A stretch of DNA of 64,000 bases. Source: a virus. Lineage: Duplodnaviria > Heunggongvirae > Uroviricota > Caudoviricetes. Made by a program: the position numbers and the translations under genes. Positions within the stretch are counted from its first letter, which is position 1. Every line of letters begins with the position of its first letter. Below, one piece after another: positions 18,483 through 27,288 of the stretch. The notes under the pieces were generated by a model that made no database searches, was not told the DNA's origin, and was given only the letters and a program-made list of their open reading frames with translations. The stretch is taken from IMG/VR virus record IMGVR_UViG_3300011008_000020. One strand, 5' to 3'.

Positions 18483-19776
18483 ATCGCTCCCAAAGTCCTT
18501 TCTTCCGAATCCAGTCGATCTTGCCGCGCACCGCCTGAGTGGAGCGCTTCATCGTCTTGGCACAGTAATCGTGGCCGTAACCCGCCTCGATCATCTGCAC
18601 GAGGTTGTGCATGTCGTCCTCGCTCCACTTCACTGTCGCGCTCTTGAGCGGACGAGGAAGGGCGAGGTCATAAATCCGCCTACGGATGCTGCTGGATGTC
18701 CTTTGGAAGGCGTGTTGCAAGTCCTCGTGGGTGTAGCACCCGGCCTCGCACATGGCGGTGAGCAGCGCGTCCTCCTGCACCGTCCACCGGCACTTCTTGG
18801 GCGTGGACATGAGCCTGTTCCGCTGGTCGATCTTCCGCTTCTCCTTGCCCCATGCCGGTTCCATGCCGAGCGCGTTCTCCTCGAAGCGAGAGAAGTCAAG
18901 GATGTCTTGGTTCCTCTCGGCCCACGTCCAGAACTCCTCGATGTCCACCTGTTTCCACATGCACCGTTGCACTCTGGTTTTGTGGACAGGAAGGCCACGT
19001 TCTTCCCATCGACGCATTGAGTAGGTGAGGCTCCCGCTATCGTCGAAACCGACGACTATCCGAGCGACTTGCAGGAGAGATACAAGTTCGCTGCCGTTTC
19101 GGTATGGGCCGAGCTTCAATCGCATTACACGTGTCTTGATCGCGCTTTCGGTTCTACCGAGAGCTTTCGCTATCCTTGGGATGCCGCCATAGCAGCCCCA
19201 TAGTTCGCGCAGTTGGTTTTCATCGTCCGGCGTCCAGTTATTGCTGTAGCTGCCCTTGTGGCACTGCTTGATGATCTTGCTGACAGCGCCTTGGGTGACG
19301 CCGAATTGCTGTGCAATATTTTTCTGAGAGCAGCCTTCGGCGTACAGGTCATAGACCTCGCGGCGCTGCTCGTTCGTCAGCTTGGCGCGGCCATTCTTCT
19401 CGCCAATGGTTGCGGTGTTTGCCAAAATCTTATCCTCCCAGTTTTCGTGCGGCGTCCCGTATGCCAGATTGCAGGGCCGGTTGTCCCGGCTGTCTCCGTT
19501 CAGGTGACGCACGTGTAGGTGGCTGCGGTTCTTCGGCTTCCCGTGGAAGCCCTCGCAGATCAGCGCGTGGACGTTCTGTGTGGTCATGCTTCCGTCCCGG
19601 CGCATCACGTGGACTGTGGCGTAGTCGCCGCAGGTGTATTGCCGGACGGGCTGCAGCGTCACATATCGAACGCCGTCCACGATCTCGCTGTCGATCACGC
19701 TGTAGATGTTCCCGTCACTCCCGGCGAACAGTCCGGCGTAATCGTACAACTCCGTGTACTCGATTGCTCCGCTCAT
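18415..19776 (-). CDS. HNH homing endonuclease with multiple HTH domains
   Basis: N-terminal HNH motif (HVRHLNGDSRDNRPCNLAYGT); repeated HTH-like segments. Confidence 0.75.
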   Translation of the reverse strand: MSGAIEYTELYDYAGLFAGSDGNIYSVIDSEIVDGVRYVTLQPVRQYTCGDYATVHVMRRDGSMTTQNVHALICEGFHGKPKNRSHLHVRHLNGDSRDNRPCNLAYGTPHENWEDKILANTATIGEKNGRAKLTNEQRREVYDLYAEGCSQKNIAQQFGVTQGAVSKIIKQCHKGSYSNNWTPDDENQLRELWGCYGGIPRIAKALGRTESAIKTRVMRLKLGPYRNGSELVSLLQVARIVVGFDDSGSLTYSMRRWEERGLPVHKTRVQRCMWKQVDIEEFWTWAERNQDILDFSRFEENALGMEPAWGKEKRKIDQRNRLMSTPKKCRWTVQEDALLTAMCEAGCYTHEDLQHAFQRTSSSIRRRIYDLALPRPLKSATVKWSEDDMHNLVQMIEAGYGHDYCAKTMKRSTQAVRGKIDWIRKKGLWERYAGRPLQASGHRSHEQGARTAP

Positions 19777-19804
19777 GGCGGTTCCTCCTTCGTGAATGTG
19801 GTCT

Positions 19805-20071
19805 TTACTTCTTGGCCTTGTCGATCAGCGTGAGAATCGCCGCCGCCACTATGTACATACCGAGCATGACCCATAAGGGCGTGAGCGTTACCAGCCACGG
19901 CCAGTTGATGACCTTGGTGTGCTTGAGGATTACAAGCACAATCTCGACGACTTCCATGAGAACCATTCCGCCGATGAACACCCGCACGTATCTACGCTCT
20001 CGGACGTCATTGGCGTACTCTCGCTTCTTCGCAAGGAGCGGGGCGGCTTCCCTGTCAAGGCTTCTCATATC
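19805..20071 (-). CDS. small membrane protein
   Basis: Two predicted TM segments (VLMEVVEIVLVIL; WVMLGMYIVAAAILTLI). Confidence 0.45.
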   Translation of the reverse strand, partial: DMRSLDREAAPLLAKKREYANDVRERRYVRVFIGGMVLMEVVEIVLVILKHTKVINWPWLVTLTPLWVMLGMYIVAAAILTLIDKAKK

Positions 20072-20630
20072 AAAACTTCTTCCCGTGCTTGTAGGGTCTG
20101 GTCTTGTTGTATTCCGCCTTCTCGTGCAGCACACTCTCCGGCGACACGCCATGCTCGCGCAGCCAGCCGAAGATCATGTCGGTGGCGTTGGAGAAGCACC
20201 AGCCCACGTCGTAGACGCCGCGCACGTCGCCGTTGTCGATGTCCACGCCGACGTCGGTGGAATCCCCAAGGGCGAGGCCGAACACGCTGGAAATGACGGC
20301 GTGCAGCTTGCAGACCAAGATCGGCAGCGGCTCCTCCGGCGTCGCGTACACGGGCCGCTCGGACTTGGCGATGTAGGGGATGTCGTAGCGGCCCATGAAG
20401 TCGAACATCCGAATCACACAGTCGATCAGTTCGACGGCGACGCCTTCCATCTTTTCCGGCTTCTCCGGGTTGGAGTACATCATGGGCGTGCCCTTCCGCG
20501 CTTCCTCAAGCGCTTCGGACAGTTCCGAGTGAATCAGGGCAATCGTCTCGCGGGATTCACGCCCATCATCCCACCAGCCATGCGCGAGGGCGGTCTGGTG
20601 GACGTCATTGATCACGTCAACGAAATTCAT
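20070..20630 (-). CDS. MazG-like nucleotide pyrophosphohydrolase
   Basis: IALIHSELSEALEEARKG is an EExxE MazG motif; RBS GGAGGAAAAAC. Confidence 0.7.
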   Translation of the reverse strand: MNFVDVINDVHQTALAHGWWDDGRESRETIALIHSELSEALEEARKGTPMMYSNPEKPEKMEGVAVELIDCVIRMFDFMGRYDIPYIAKSERPVYATPEEPLPILVCKLHAVISSVFGLALGDSTDVGVDIDNGDVRGVYDVGWCFSNATDMIFGWLREHGVSPESVLHEKAEYNKTRPYKHGKKF

Positions 20631-20703
20631 GTTTTTCCTCCAAACTTTCATCTTTGCAGGCGTTTCGTATAAGTATAGTTATATGAAATGCGTGCAAGAC
20701 GTT

Positions 20704-21874
20704 ATTACTCCGGCAATTAAACATTGCCGCCGTGGTCATTAGAATCATCAAGTACTCGATAGGGTGCGAGAGTCGGGTGACCAAAGTATGATTGGACGTG
20801 CTTCGGGTTTTGTGACAGTGATGTCATAAAAGCATTGGCGTTCTGCTGGAGATCGGCCTCTGTCTTGGCTTGCCGTTGGGATCCAATCGTCTGTTTCAGG
20901 TCATTGTTCAGGTATTCGTCTGGATTGTACTCCGGAGAATAGGAAGGGAGGAAAAACAGCCGGATTCGATCCTTGTGTTCCTCTATCCAATCCTCTACAA
21001 GTTTCCCGTGGTGGACCTTGAGGTTGTCCAGAATGATGTAGACTTTACGAGGAATATCCTTGAGCAGCCGCTCCAGAAACTCGATCAACTTCTGCTGATT
21101 CATGCTTTCTTGACTGAACATGAAGTGCAGTTTTCCCTGATTGCTGATGGCGCTGATCATGTTGATGTGCATCTTCCTGGCTTTCGTCTTCAGCACCGGG
21201 GTACGGCCTTTCGGCGCATAGCCTCTGGCATAGTTGGCCACATTCTGTACGGCGGTCTCATCGCCCCAGAAAATCTCTGCATCTTCCTTCTTTGCCTCGC
21301 TGTGGATGGCTGGATACTCTTCCTTCAACCATCGCTGTACCGCTTCCGGCTTTTGCTCAATCGCCTGCTTCGCAGGCCGTTGCACTGTAAATCCCCACCG
21401 CTGGAGATACATCCCCACTGTGCGAATGGGCATATCAATCCCGTACTTGTCCTTGATCAGCTGGCGAACAGCATCCCGCGTCCACAGCGCACACTTCATC
21501 TTCAGTTGATCAGGATTCTTGTCGGTGATGATCCGAACAACTTCCTTCTCCTGATTTGGTGTCAGTGTACGTTTCTCGCCGGCTTTTCTGCCGCGCTTCT
21601 TTGGCTTTAGTGCTGCCATGCCTCCACTCTTGTACTTCCTGATCGTTTCCCGGACCGTTCTCTCGCTGAAGTCAGTTACTTCTATAATCTCCTCCACTGA
21701 CTTCTGTTTCTTGAAGAGTGCGATAACGGTTTTCCGCATCTGATACAGAACTTCCGGCGTGGATTTCCGATAATCAGTTTTCTCTTCGATTCCCATGGTA
21801 TTATTATACCATGTCTGAACCTAACTTGCTATATCCTGTCGGCAATATTTTGTTGCTGAGTTAATAAAGTAAAG
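20704..21874 (-). mobile_element. IS630-family insertion sequence
   Basis: Imperfect terminal inverted repeats (20706-20743 vs 21836-21872; CTCCGGCAATTAAACATTGCCGCCGTGG vs rc CTCAGCAACAAAATATTGCCGACAGGA) flank a transposase ORF; about 1.17 kb. Confidence 0.7.
20717..21796 (-). CDS. IS630-family (Tc1/mariner-like DDE) transposase
   Basis: 359 aa; N-terminal HTH; DDE_3-like core (...ILDNLKVHHG...FLPSYSPEYNPDE). Confidence 0.85.
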   Translation of the reverse strand: MGIEEKTDYRKSTPEVLYQMRKTVIALFKKQKSVEEIIEVTDFSERTVRETIRKYKSGGMAALKPKKRGRKAGEKRTLTPNQEKEVVRIITDKNPDQLKMKCALWTRDAVRQLIKDKYGIDMPIRTVGMYLQRWGFTVQRPAKQAIEQKPEAVQRWLKEEYPAIHSEAKKEDAEIFWGDETAVQNVANYARGYAPKGRTPVLKTKARKMHINMISAISNQGKLHFMFSQESMNQQKLIEFLERLLKDIPRKVYIILDNLKVHHGKLVEDWIEEHKDRIRLFFLPSYSPEYNPDEYLNNDLKQTIGSQRQAKTEADLQQNANAFMTSLSQNPKHVQSYFGHPTLAPYRVLDDSNDHGGNV

Positions 21875-21935
21875 GCGAAATTCTTGCAGAAAGGCACAAC
21901 TTGGATATGTTTCTATTGGTGTCCTTCCGTGGAAT

Positions 21936-21964
21936 ATTATAGCTTCTTTTAGTGGTATTGTCAA
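21936..21964 (-). promoter_or_regulatory. consensus sigma-A promoter TTGACA-17-TATAAT (family member 1)
   Basis: Minus strand reads TTGACAATACCACTAAAAGAAGCTATAATATTCCAC; shares flanks with four other copies. Confidence 0.65.
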
Positions 21965-22239
21965 GCGGAAGATGGCTCTATTGGTGGCTTTTTTACGGAT
22001 TTGTCAAGGTTTCCAGCCTCGAAGGAGGCGCGGAACCTTGGCAACCTGAGTTGCCATCCGGTTGCCGAAGCATAAAAACATACGGAAAGTTGTGGAAAAT
22101 ACGGAAAATTGCGCCTTTGCCAGAGTGGCCGCGCCGGTGTGCTGGTGGTGCCGGAATCCCCTGAAATCGCTGTGCAATATGCGCATAGAACGTGTAGATT
22201 ATAGAGCAATAAGCATAAAAGCAAGGGCAAATACAGGGT

Positions 22240-22277
22240 AAATACAGGAAACGGGCCGAGAATTGCTTCTCGGCCCG
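22240..22277 (-). terminator. rho-independent terminator following tRNA 3' fragment
   Basis: 10-bp stem GGGCCGAGAA/TTCTCGGCCC followed by GTTTCCTGTATTT. Confidence 0.6.
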
Positions 22278-22279
22278 TG

Positions 22280-22320
22280 TGGTCTGGGTGAGAGGATTCG
22301 AACCTCCGGCCTCTTGAACC
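22280..22320 (-). other. tRNA 3'-end fragment (T-arm plus acceptor plus CCA); att-site-like remnant
   Basis: GGAGGTTCGAATCCTCTCACCCAGACCA on the minus strand; no complementary 5' acceptor strand within 100 nt. Confidence 0.55.
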
Positions 22321-22575
22321 CCATTCAACATTTTCCAACTGCATTTTATACGCTTTTCATCGCATATCCCGCGTTATCAGCGGTATAAACCGGCGAAACT
22401 GCGTATATTCATGCGGCTTCAAAAACGTGTGGTTGCCAAGAAGTTGCCAAGCCCATACCCGACCCTGAACTCCGGCGAAAACAGCATCGCTTTAGCGCTC
22501 CATGCGCTATGTTTCCAATGGTGTCGGCACAACATCGTCTATGCATTGGTATTATACCGCCTGCTGAACGTGTTG

Positions 22576-23082
22576 TCAATGGTTCCCCTCTCGCTCGATG
22601 GTCATCTGCGCAATCGGGCACACTTTCCGTTCCGGGAAGTCATAAGCAAAGAGCGCCTCGATGTTCTTGCGAACCGGGCAGCGTTTTGATTCCTTCTCCG
22701 TCTTCTCGCACATCAGGCAGTTCATGTCGATCACCTGATCTTCCATCCACTCAAGGGCGTCGTTCGGGACGTATGTGAACATCTGCTTGTGTGCGCCGGT
22801 GTAATCCGGCGTGACGTTGATTTCAACGCGGGTGTGGTCGATCTCCTGCCTGATCTGTTGCAGCTTCTTCGGCGGCACCGTCGCAAGCACCTTGTCGAGA
22901 AGCCGGTCGGCCAGCGCGACAATCAGCCTGGCATGGCACCAGCCCATGTTGATGCCGCGCAGGCGCTTCTCAAGGTAGCCCAGTTCCGTTTCAAATGTCG
23001 ATACGACACCCATCAACGCTCGGAGGCCGTAATACTCTCGCCCGGACAGGTTTGTGCGTTCGGATGGCTGTTCATTGCTCAT
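22576..23082 (-). CDS. hypothetical protein with C-terminal Cys cluster
   Basis: RBS GGGAGG then MSNEQPSERT; CLMCEK...KRCPVRK. Confidence 0.5.
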   Translation of the reverse strand: MSNEQPSERTNLSGREYYGLRALMGVVSTFETELGYLEKRLRGINMGWCHARLIVALADRLLDKVLATVPPKKLQQIRQEIDHTRVEINVTPDYTGAHKQMFTYVPNDALEWMEDQVIDMNCLMCEKTEKESKRCPVRKNIEALFAYDFPERKVCPIAQMTIEREGNH

Positions 23083-23275
23083 GTTGAACCTCCCTGTCAG
23101 TGATCTTGAAGTTATGGTCACGGGTTCCGAGCTTCACCATGAGCGACATCAGCGCATTGTAGTTGTTTGATTCCAGCATCACCGTCCATGCGCTCGCCGT
23201 GTTTCTGACCCGCTGCGGAAAGTGGACGGCGCTGATCTCCTCAAGGCTTGACCGCCGCAGCAGTTTATACTTCAT
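23072..23275 (-). CDS. hypothetical protein (67 aa)
   Basis: ORF. Confidence 0.45.
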   Translation of the reverse strand: MKYKLLRRSSLEEISAVHFPQRVRNTASAWTVMLESNNYNALMSLMVKLGTRDHNFKITDREVQHEQ

Positions 23276-24090
23276 TGTTCAGGTGCCCCTTTCCTGGCTG
23301 CGGTGAGAACGGCATCGAGCAGCTTCTCCGTCTTGTCACGGGTGAGCCTTCGTCCGCAGCACATCTTCCCTTCCGGGCAGTAGAGCAGATATTCGCACTG
23401 CGGGACAAGATGTGCAGCAAAGTCAGCATTGACTTTTTCGACAACACCCTTTATTTCCCATGCCAGTTCGTTGATAAACTCCTGCGCCCGGTTGCAGAGC
23501 CGCTTATGGCAGAAGTGAATCAGGGCTTCCGGCGTGAAGCCGATCACGAGGTCTGTGGTTGTGGCGCGTGGCATGACCATGTTGACGGCCTCGACAGCCT
23601 CCTTCATGGTGCATCCGCCTCGCTCCAAAATGGCCTTGATGTCGCTGCGGGCATCCCTGATCTGCTGCATGATGGCGTAATATCGCTTGCTCGCCTCTTC
23701 GTTGCCCCTGATTGCTTCCGGGATGACATAGCTGAACGCGCCTTTGTCGATGTAGCGGAAACTCGCCATGTTCTTGACGATGTTGGCCGGATTTTCGTTG
23801 ATGATGTCATATTGCTGCGCTTCGGCCCACATATAGTTGTCCTGCATCTCGAATGGCACCCATGTCCCGATTTCATGCCTCATGCACTGTTCAGCGGTGC
23901 CACGGTCGATTCCTCCAATGCGGAATTTTATGTACTCACAACGAGAGCCGGACATATGGCCGGACTTTTGGCACGCAGCACCGACCGCCTTTGCGCGGTC
24001 TATGGGTGTATCGTAACAGACGCGGGCGAACTCGCCGTGGTTCTTTTCCAGATTCTCAAGCACTCCTTGGTTGATGATTTCGACCTTCAT
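23272..24090 (-). CDS. ThyX-family (flavin-dependent thymidylate synthase-like) protein with non-canonical RHE motif
   Basis: Aligns by eye to ThyX (MKVEIINQGV...; FRIGGIDRGTAEQCMRHEIGTW vs F.i.g.sRa..hQlvRHRiaS; ...HFCHKRLCNRAQEFINELAWEI). RHR is replaced by RHE and the serine is absent. Confidence 0.6.
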   Translation of the reverse strand: MKVEIINQGVLENLEKNHGEFARVCYDTPIDRAKAVGAACQKSGHMSGSRCEYIKFRIGGIDRGTAEQCMRHEIGTWVPFEMQDNYMWAEAQQYDIINENPANIVKNMASFRYIDKGAFSYVIPEAIRGNEEASKRYYAIMQQIRDARSDIKAILERGGCTMKEAVEAVNMVMPRATTTDLVIGFTPEALIHFCHKRLCNRAQEFINELAWEIKGVVEKVNADFAAHLVPQCEYLLYCPEGKMCCGRRLTRDKTEKLLDAVLTAARKGAPEQ

Positions 24091-24124
24091 GGTATCACCT
24101 CCGTGTGATGTTGTCGGTCGTATG

Positions 24125-24562
24125 TTATACCGGCTCTGCAGCGAAAACCTCGTCCTCCCATGCCTTCGTGGCCGCTTCGCCCATCCGAATCGCGTCCATC
24201 ATGGTTTCGCCTTTTCGCGGGCCGACCATCCAGCTCGGTGGCAGCGGCATCGCCTCGTGCTGCGGTCGCCAGATGTGCAGGCAGAAGTTGTGGAGATTGA
24301 CGTATTCATCCTCTGGCGGATGGAGCTCGAAGCAGGCTTCCTCCGGCTTGAAGAACATGCGCTTGATTTCAGCCATTTCCTCCCACGTCGGCATACGATT
24401 CGAGAAGCTGACCGAGACATGATCCCACCAACAGCCCCATGAGCCGATCACAGTGGCAGCGCGGTTTTTCGTACTGGACAGAAGGTAGACGTTTGCCTTA
24501 AAGCCGTCCTGTGATTCTGCGATGACTTGAATCCTGGGAAGCATTCTGATTTCCGTCATGGT
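24125..24562 (-). CDS. hypothetical protein
   Basis: ORF; start at MTEIRMLPRIQ after GAGGGTG. Confidence 0.45.
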   Translation of the reverse strand, partial: TMTEIRMLPRIQVIAESQDGFKANVYLLSSTKNRAATVIGSWGCWWDHVSVSFSNRMPTWEEMAEIKRMFFKPEEACFELHPPEDEYVNLHNFCLHIWRPQHEAMPLPPSWMVGPRKGETMMDAIRMGEAATKAWEDEVFAAEPV

Positions 24563-24973
24563 CTTTATGGTCTTCACCCTCTTTCTTGAGATAGCACTTC
24601 GGAATCGGGACGCCTGTGTAGTGCGGTGGGTCGAAGTTGACGCCAGCGCCACCCTCCGGCATGTGGTGCCATGCGTTGACGTAACGGACGGCCTGATAGA
24701 TGTTGTATGCGATATTGGAATCCTCGCAGCAGTTGACGTTGAAGGATTCGTGTGGCTGCAGGGCAGGGAAGAACAGGTGGCTCATGGTATCAAGGAGTAT
24801 TTCGATACTCCGAAAATCGACATTCGCACCCGTATCGTGGACGTGCTGCAGGAGCGCAAACTTGATCTCATTGAACTGGCCGATGTGCAGCCGGAACAGC
24901 AGCTCGACGGCGCGTTCGAGGACAACAGCCTGTTCGTCAGTCAGTTCAAGGATGACACGATCTCCCGGATTCA
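24498..24973 (-). CDS. hypothetical protein (TTG start)
   Basis: AAGGAGGGGG RBS 6 nt upstream of TTG; (M)NPGDRVILELTDEQ. Confidence 0.45.
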
Positions 24974-24976
24974 AAG

Positions 24977-25280
24977 CTACCCCCTCCTTACGATTGGAGT
25001 TTTCTGTACCATATCCCACACGACCTCGAAGCGATCTGCCGGACAATATGCGAAGTTGGCGCAATCATCCATGAGCATGAGGCGTCCGTCCTCGGAGAAT
25101 GCGAATCCGTCGATGTCGCAGTAGATCAGCCGCCTGGCCCACCCTTCACGCAGGGCGATCTCTTGTGTGTCCGGCTCCCTTCCCGTTTTCTTGTCGATGA
25201 CGTGGAAGCCGGTGATGCAGAACTCGACCTGTTCGCCATACGCAGAACGCAGCATGGCTCTGGATTCAAGATTGCTCATA
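24977..25280 (-). CDS. hypothetical protein
   Basis: RBS GGGAGG then MSNLESRAML. Confidence 0.5.
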
Positions 25281-25290
25281 CTGTGCCTCC

Positions 25291-25830
25291 CTACGCGCCC
25301 AGCTTCTCTCCGCAATCCGGGCAGTATTTTGTGGGCTTGGTGGCCTGATGGCCGCACTCGGAGCAGACATAGATGACGTTCCAGCGCGGAGTTTCGTCGG
25401 CAAGCACGGCCTCCTCAATGGACTGTTCCGCCTCGATTACGGCCTGTTCCAGCGGCAGCTTATCGTCAGGATTCGGCGCTGCCTTGTCGCGCTCGGTTGC
25501 CTGCGCTGCGAGCCACGTCCTGAACATGATTGCCTGCGGCTTCTTGGCGATGGTGGCCGAGCGCAGGTAGTCCATCAGGCCGTCGTAGGTGATGATGGTG
25601 GTGGTATTCTTCCGACCTTCCTTGTTGGTCACGCAATCGCGGGCGAGGTCGAAGCGCCGGTAGAAGCGTTCCTTGTTGTCCTTGTCCTTCGCGTGCCAGC
25701 TCCATGGGGAATGGCCGGATAGGCCGATTCCGGCGCACACGTCCTTGATCATGTAGTAGCGCGTTCCGGCGACGAACACCGTGCGTACCCTGCCAACTGG
25801 CGTGTTGAGAACGTATCTGGTTCTGCTCAT
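25291..25830 (-). CDS. Bro-N/KilA-N-like domain protein with C-terminal zinc ribbon
   Basis: VRTVFVAGTRYYMIKDVCAGIGL is Bro-N-like; C-terminal CSECGH...CPDCG. Confidence 0.55.
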   Translation of the reverse strand: MSRTRYVLNTPVGRVRTVFVAGTRYYMIKDVCAGIGLSGHSPWSWHAKDKDNKERFYRRFDLARDCVTNKEGRKNTTTIITYDGLMDYLRSATIAKKPQAIMFRTWLAAQATERDKAAPNPDDKLPLEQAVIEAEQSIEEAVLADETPRWNVIYVCSECGHQATKPTKYCPDCGEKLGA

Positions 25831-25835
25831 GTTGC

Positions 25836-26078
25836 TTACCTCCCTCTCGGTTCTTCGATGTTCTCGCCTTTCTTGATGGTGTCGCGCAGGTTGCGCAGTA
25901 CGGTCAAGACTTCCATGTTGTACTCGCCGAGCCTGTACTGCCATCCCATCGTAGCGTTCTTGAGCGGGCTGAAATACTCCATCTGGTTTCGCGCCACGTT
26001 CTCCGCTTCTTTCAGTTCTTCATCGGTTACGGAAAGGATGTCATTGCAGATTTGTTTGATCTTATCAATAGCGTTCAT
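25836..26078 (-). CDS. hypothetical protein (80 aa)
   Basis: ORF. Confidence 0.45.
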   Translation of the reverse strand: MNAIDKIKQICNDILSVTDEELKEAENVARNQMEYFSPLKNATMGWQYRLGEYNMEVLTVLRNLRDTIKKGENIEEPRGR

Positions 26079-26088
26079 GAGCGCCTCC

Positions 26089-26340
26089 TCAGTAAATAAT
26101 CAGTGCTACATTGGAACTGTGGACGAGGTATGTCTTCCCGTCGATCTTGACCTGAATCTGATCGCCGTCCTCGAAATCCGTCCAGCTCTGAACTTCTCCC
26201 TTTACCACATCACCGTTTGGCAGGGATATGATCGCCCGGTCAAACTTGTAGTTCAGGTCGATGATCTGTTTGTTGCCGCACGCGGTCAGGGCCAGCGCAG
26301 CCAGCGTGAGCAACAAAATGATGGCAAAAATCCTTTTCAT
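26089..26340 (-). CDS. lipoprotein (signal peptide plus LTAC lipobox)
   Basis: MKRIFAIILLLTLAALALTAC. Confidence 0.6.
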   Translation of the reverse strand: MKRIFAIILLLTLAALALTACGNKQIIDLNYKFDRAIISLPNGDVVKGEVQSWTDFEDGDQIQVKIDGKTYLVHSSNVALIIY

Positions 26341-26352
26341 TCTGAACCTCCT

Positions 26353-26802
26353 CTATCCTTGAGCCTTTGCGGCGCGGTCGTACATGACGATGCTGCCCGC
26401 CGTGGAGACGTTGTAGCAGTAGTCGCCAATGAGCTGCACCGTCTCCCGGCAGCGTTCCAAGATTTCCTGTGGGACGCCGTAATCCTCCGCGCCCAGGAGG
26501 TAGATGCACCTGTCGCGGTGGTGGTAGGCTTCCAGCGGGATGCTGTTCTCTGCCAGCTCCACGGCGACGACAGGGCAATCATATGGGACGTGCCGGAAGA
26601 AGTCATCAATGTCCTCGTAGTGGAACAGTGGGATGTGGCGCGGGGCCTTGATGGTATCGGAGCATTGATGCTTGTACCGGCGACCAATCGTAAAGATGAA
26701 GTCAGCGCCGAGGATGGCGGCAGAGCGCCACAGCGTCCCGATGTTCTTTTCCTTCTTTGCATGGTAGATGCCGATTCCGAAATAGCCCTTTTTCGTGATC
26801 AT
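26353..26802 (-). CDS. SPOUT-class (SpoU/TrmL-like) RNA 2'-O-methyltransferase
   Basis: GIGIYHAKKEKNIGTLWRSAAILGADFIFTIG ... NVSTAGSIVMYD parallel TrmL motifs. Confidence 0.65.
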   Translation of the reverse strand: MITKKGYFGIGIYHAKKEKNIGTLWRSAAILGADFIFTIGRRYKHQCSDTIKAPRHIPLFHYEDIDDFFRHVPYDCPVVAVELAENSIPLEAYHHRDRCIYLLGAEDYGVPQEILERCRETVQLIGDYCYNVSTAGSIVMYDRAAKAQG

Positions 26803-27101
26803 GGATTGTACCTCGTTGCTTCGTGAAAGACATTGGATTCTTTCGTTTCCTCGTCATACCAGCCTCCTGGGGGTTCAGGTAACGGCATCCAATGTGTGAT
26901 TCGGTTATTATAGTTTGCGATCTTGCTTAATCCTGCTATATTGAAATCCCAATCGTCGCCAGATAAATGGAACTCGCCATGTTCCTTGTCGGCAAGAGAT
27001 AGAATTGAGCGAACCGTTTTCGGTGTATTCCCATTTGCATCAAAGACGATACAGGGCGGTTCAGGCCTTCTTTCTTTTGCGTCAATCCACTCCATTTGCA
27101 T
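26799..27101 (-). CDS. DUF551-like phage protein
   Basis: MQMEWIDAKERRPEPP matches the characteristic DUF551 N-terminus. Confidence 0.55.
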   Translation of the reverse strand: MQMEWIDAKERRPEPPCIVFDANGNTPKTVRSILSLADKEHGEFHLSGDDWDFNIAGLSKIANYNNRITHWMPLPEPPGGWYDEETKESNVFHEATRYNP

Positions 27102-27288
27102 CTTGCGCCCTTCCCCATTTCATTTCTTTGCAATCCTTCGCCTTTACTTCCGAGCATCTGCGCTCGTGCTTCTGGCAGTATGCGTAGACGTGAGCAAAGC
27201 CTACAGGGTGGTAATTATTCGGCACATGATATATGCTGAATTTACGCTCTTGCATGTGCGGACATCGCTTGCACTCATGCACTTTCAT
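27082..27288 (-). CDS. small Cys/His-rich protein
   Basis: 68 aa; CKRCPH...YCQKHERRC. Confidence 0.45.
   Translation of the reverse strand: MKVHECKRCPHMQERKFSIYHVPNNYHPVGFAHVYAYCQKHERRCSEVKAKDCKEMKWGRAQDANGVD

Noticed and set aside
22280-22400. Complete tRNA gene on the minus strand
   Set aside because: Only the T-arm, 3' acceptor strand and CCA are present. No complementary 5' acceptor sequence lies within 120 nt upstream.
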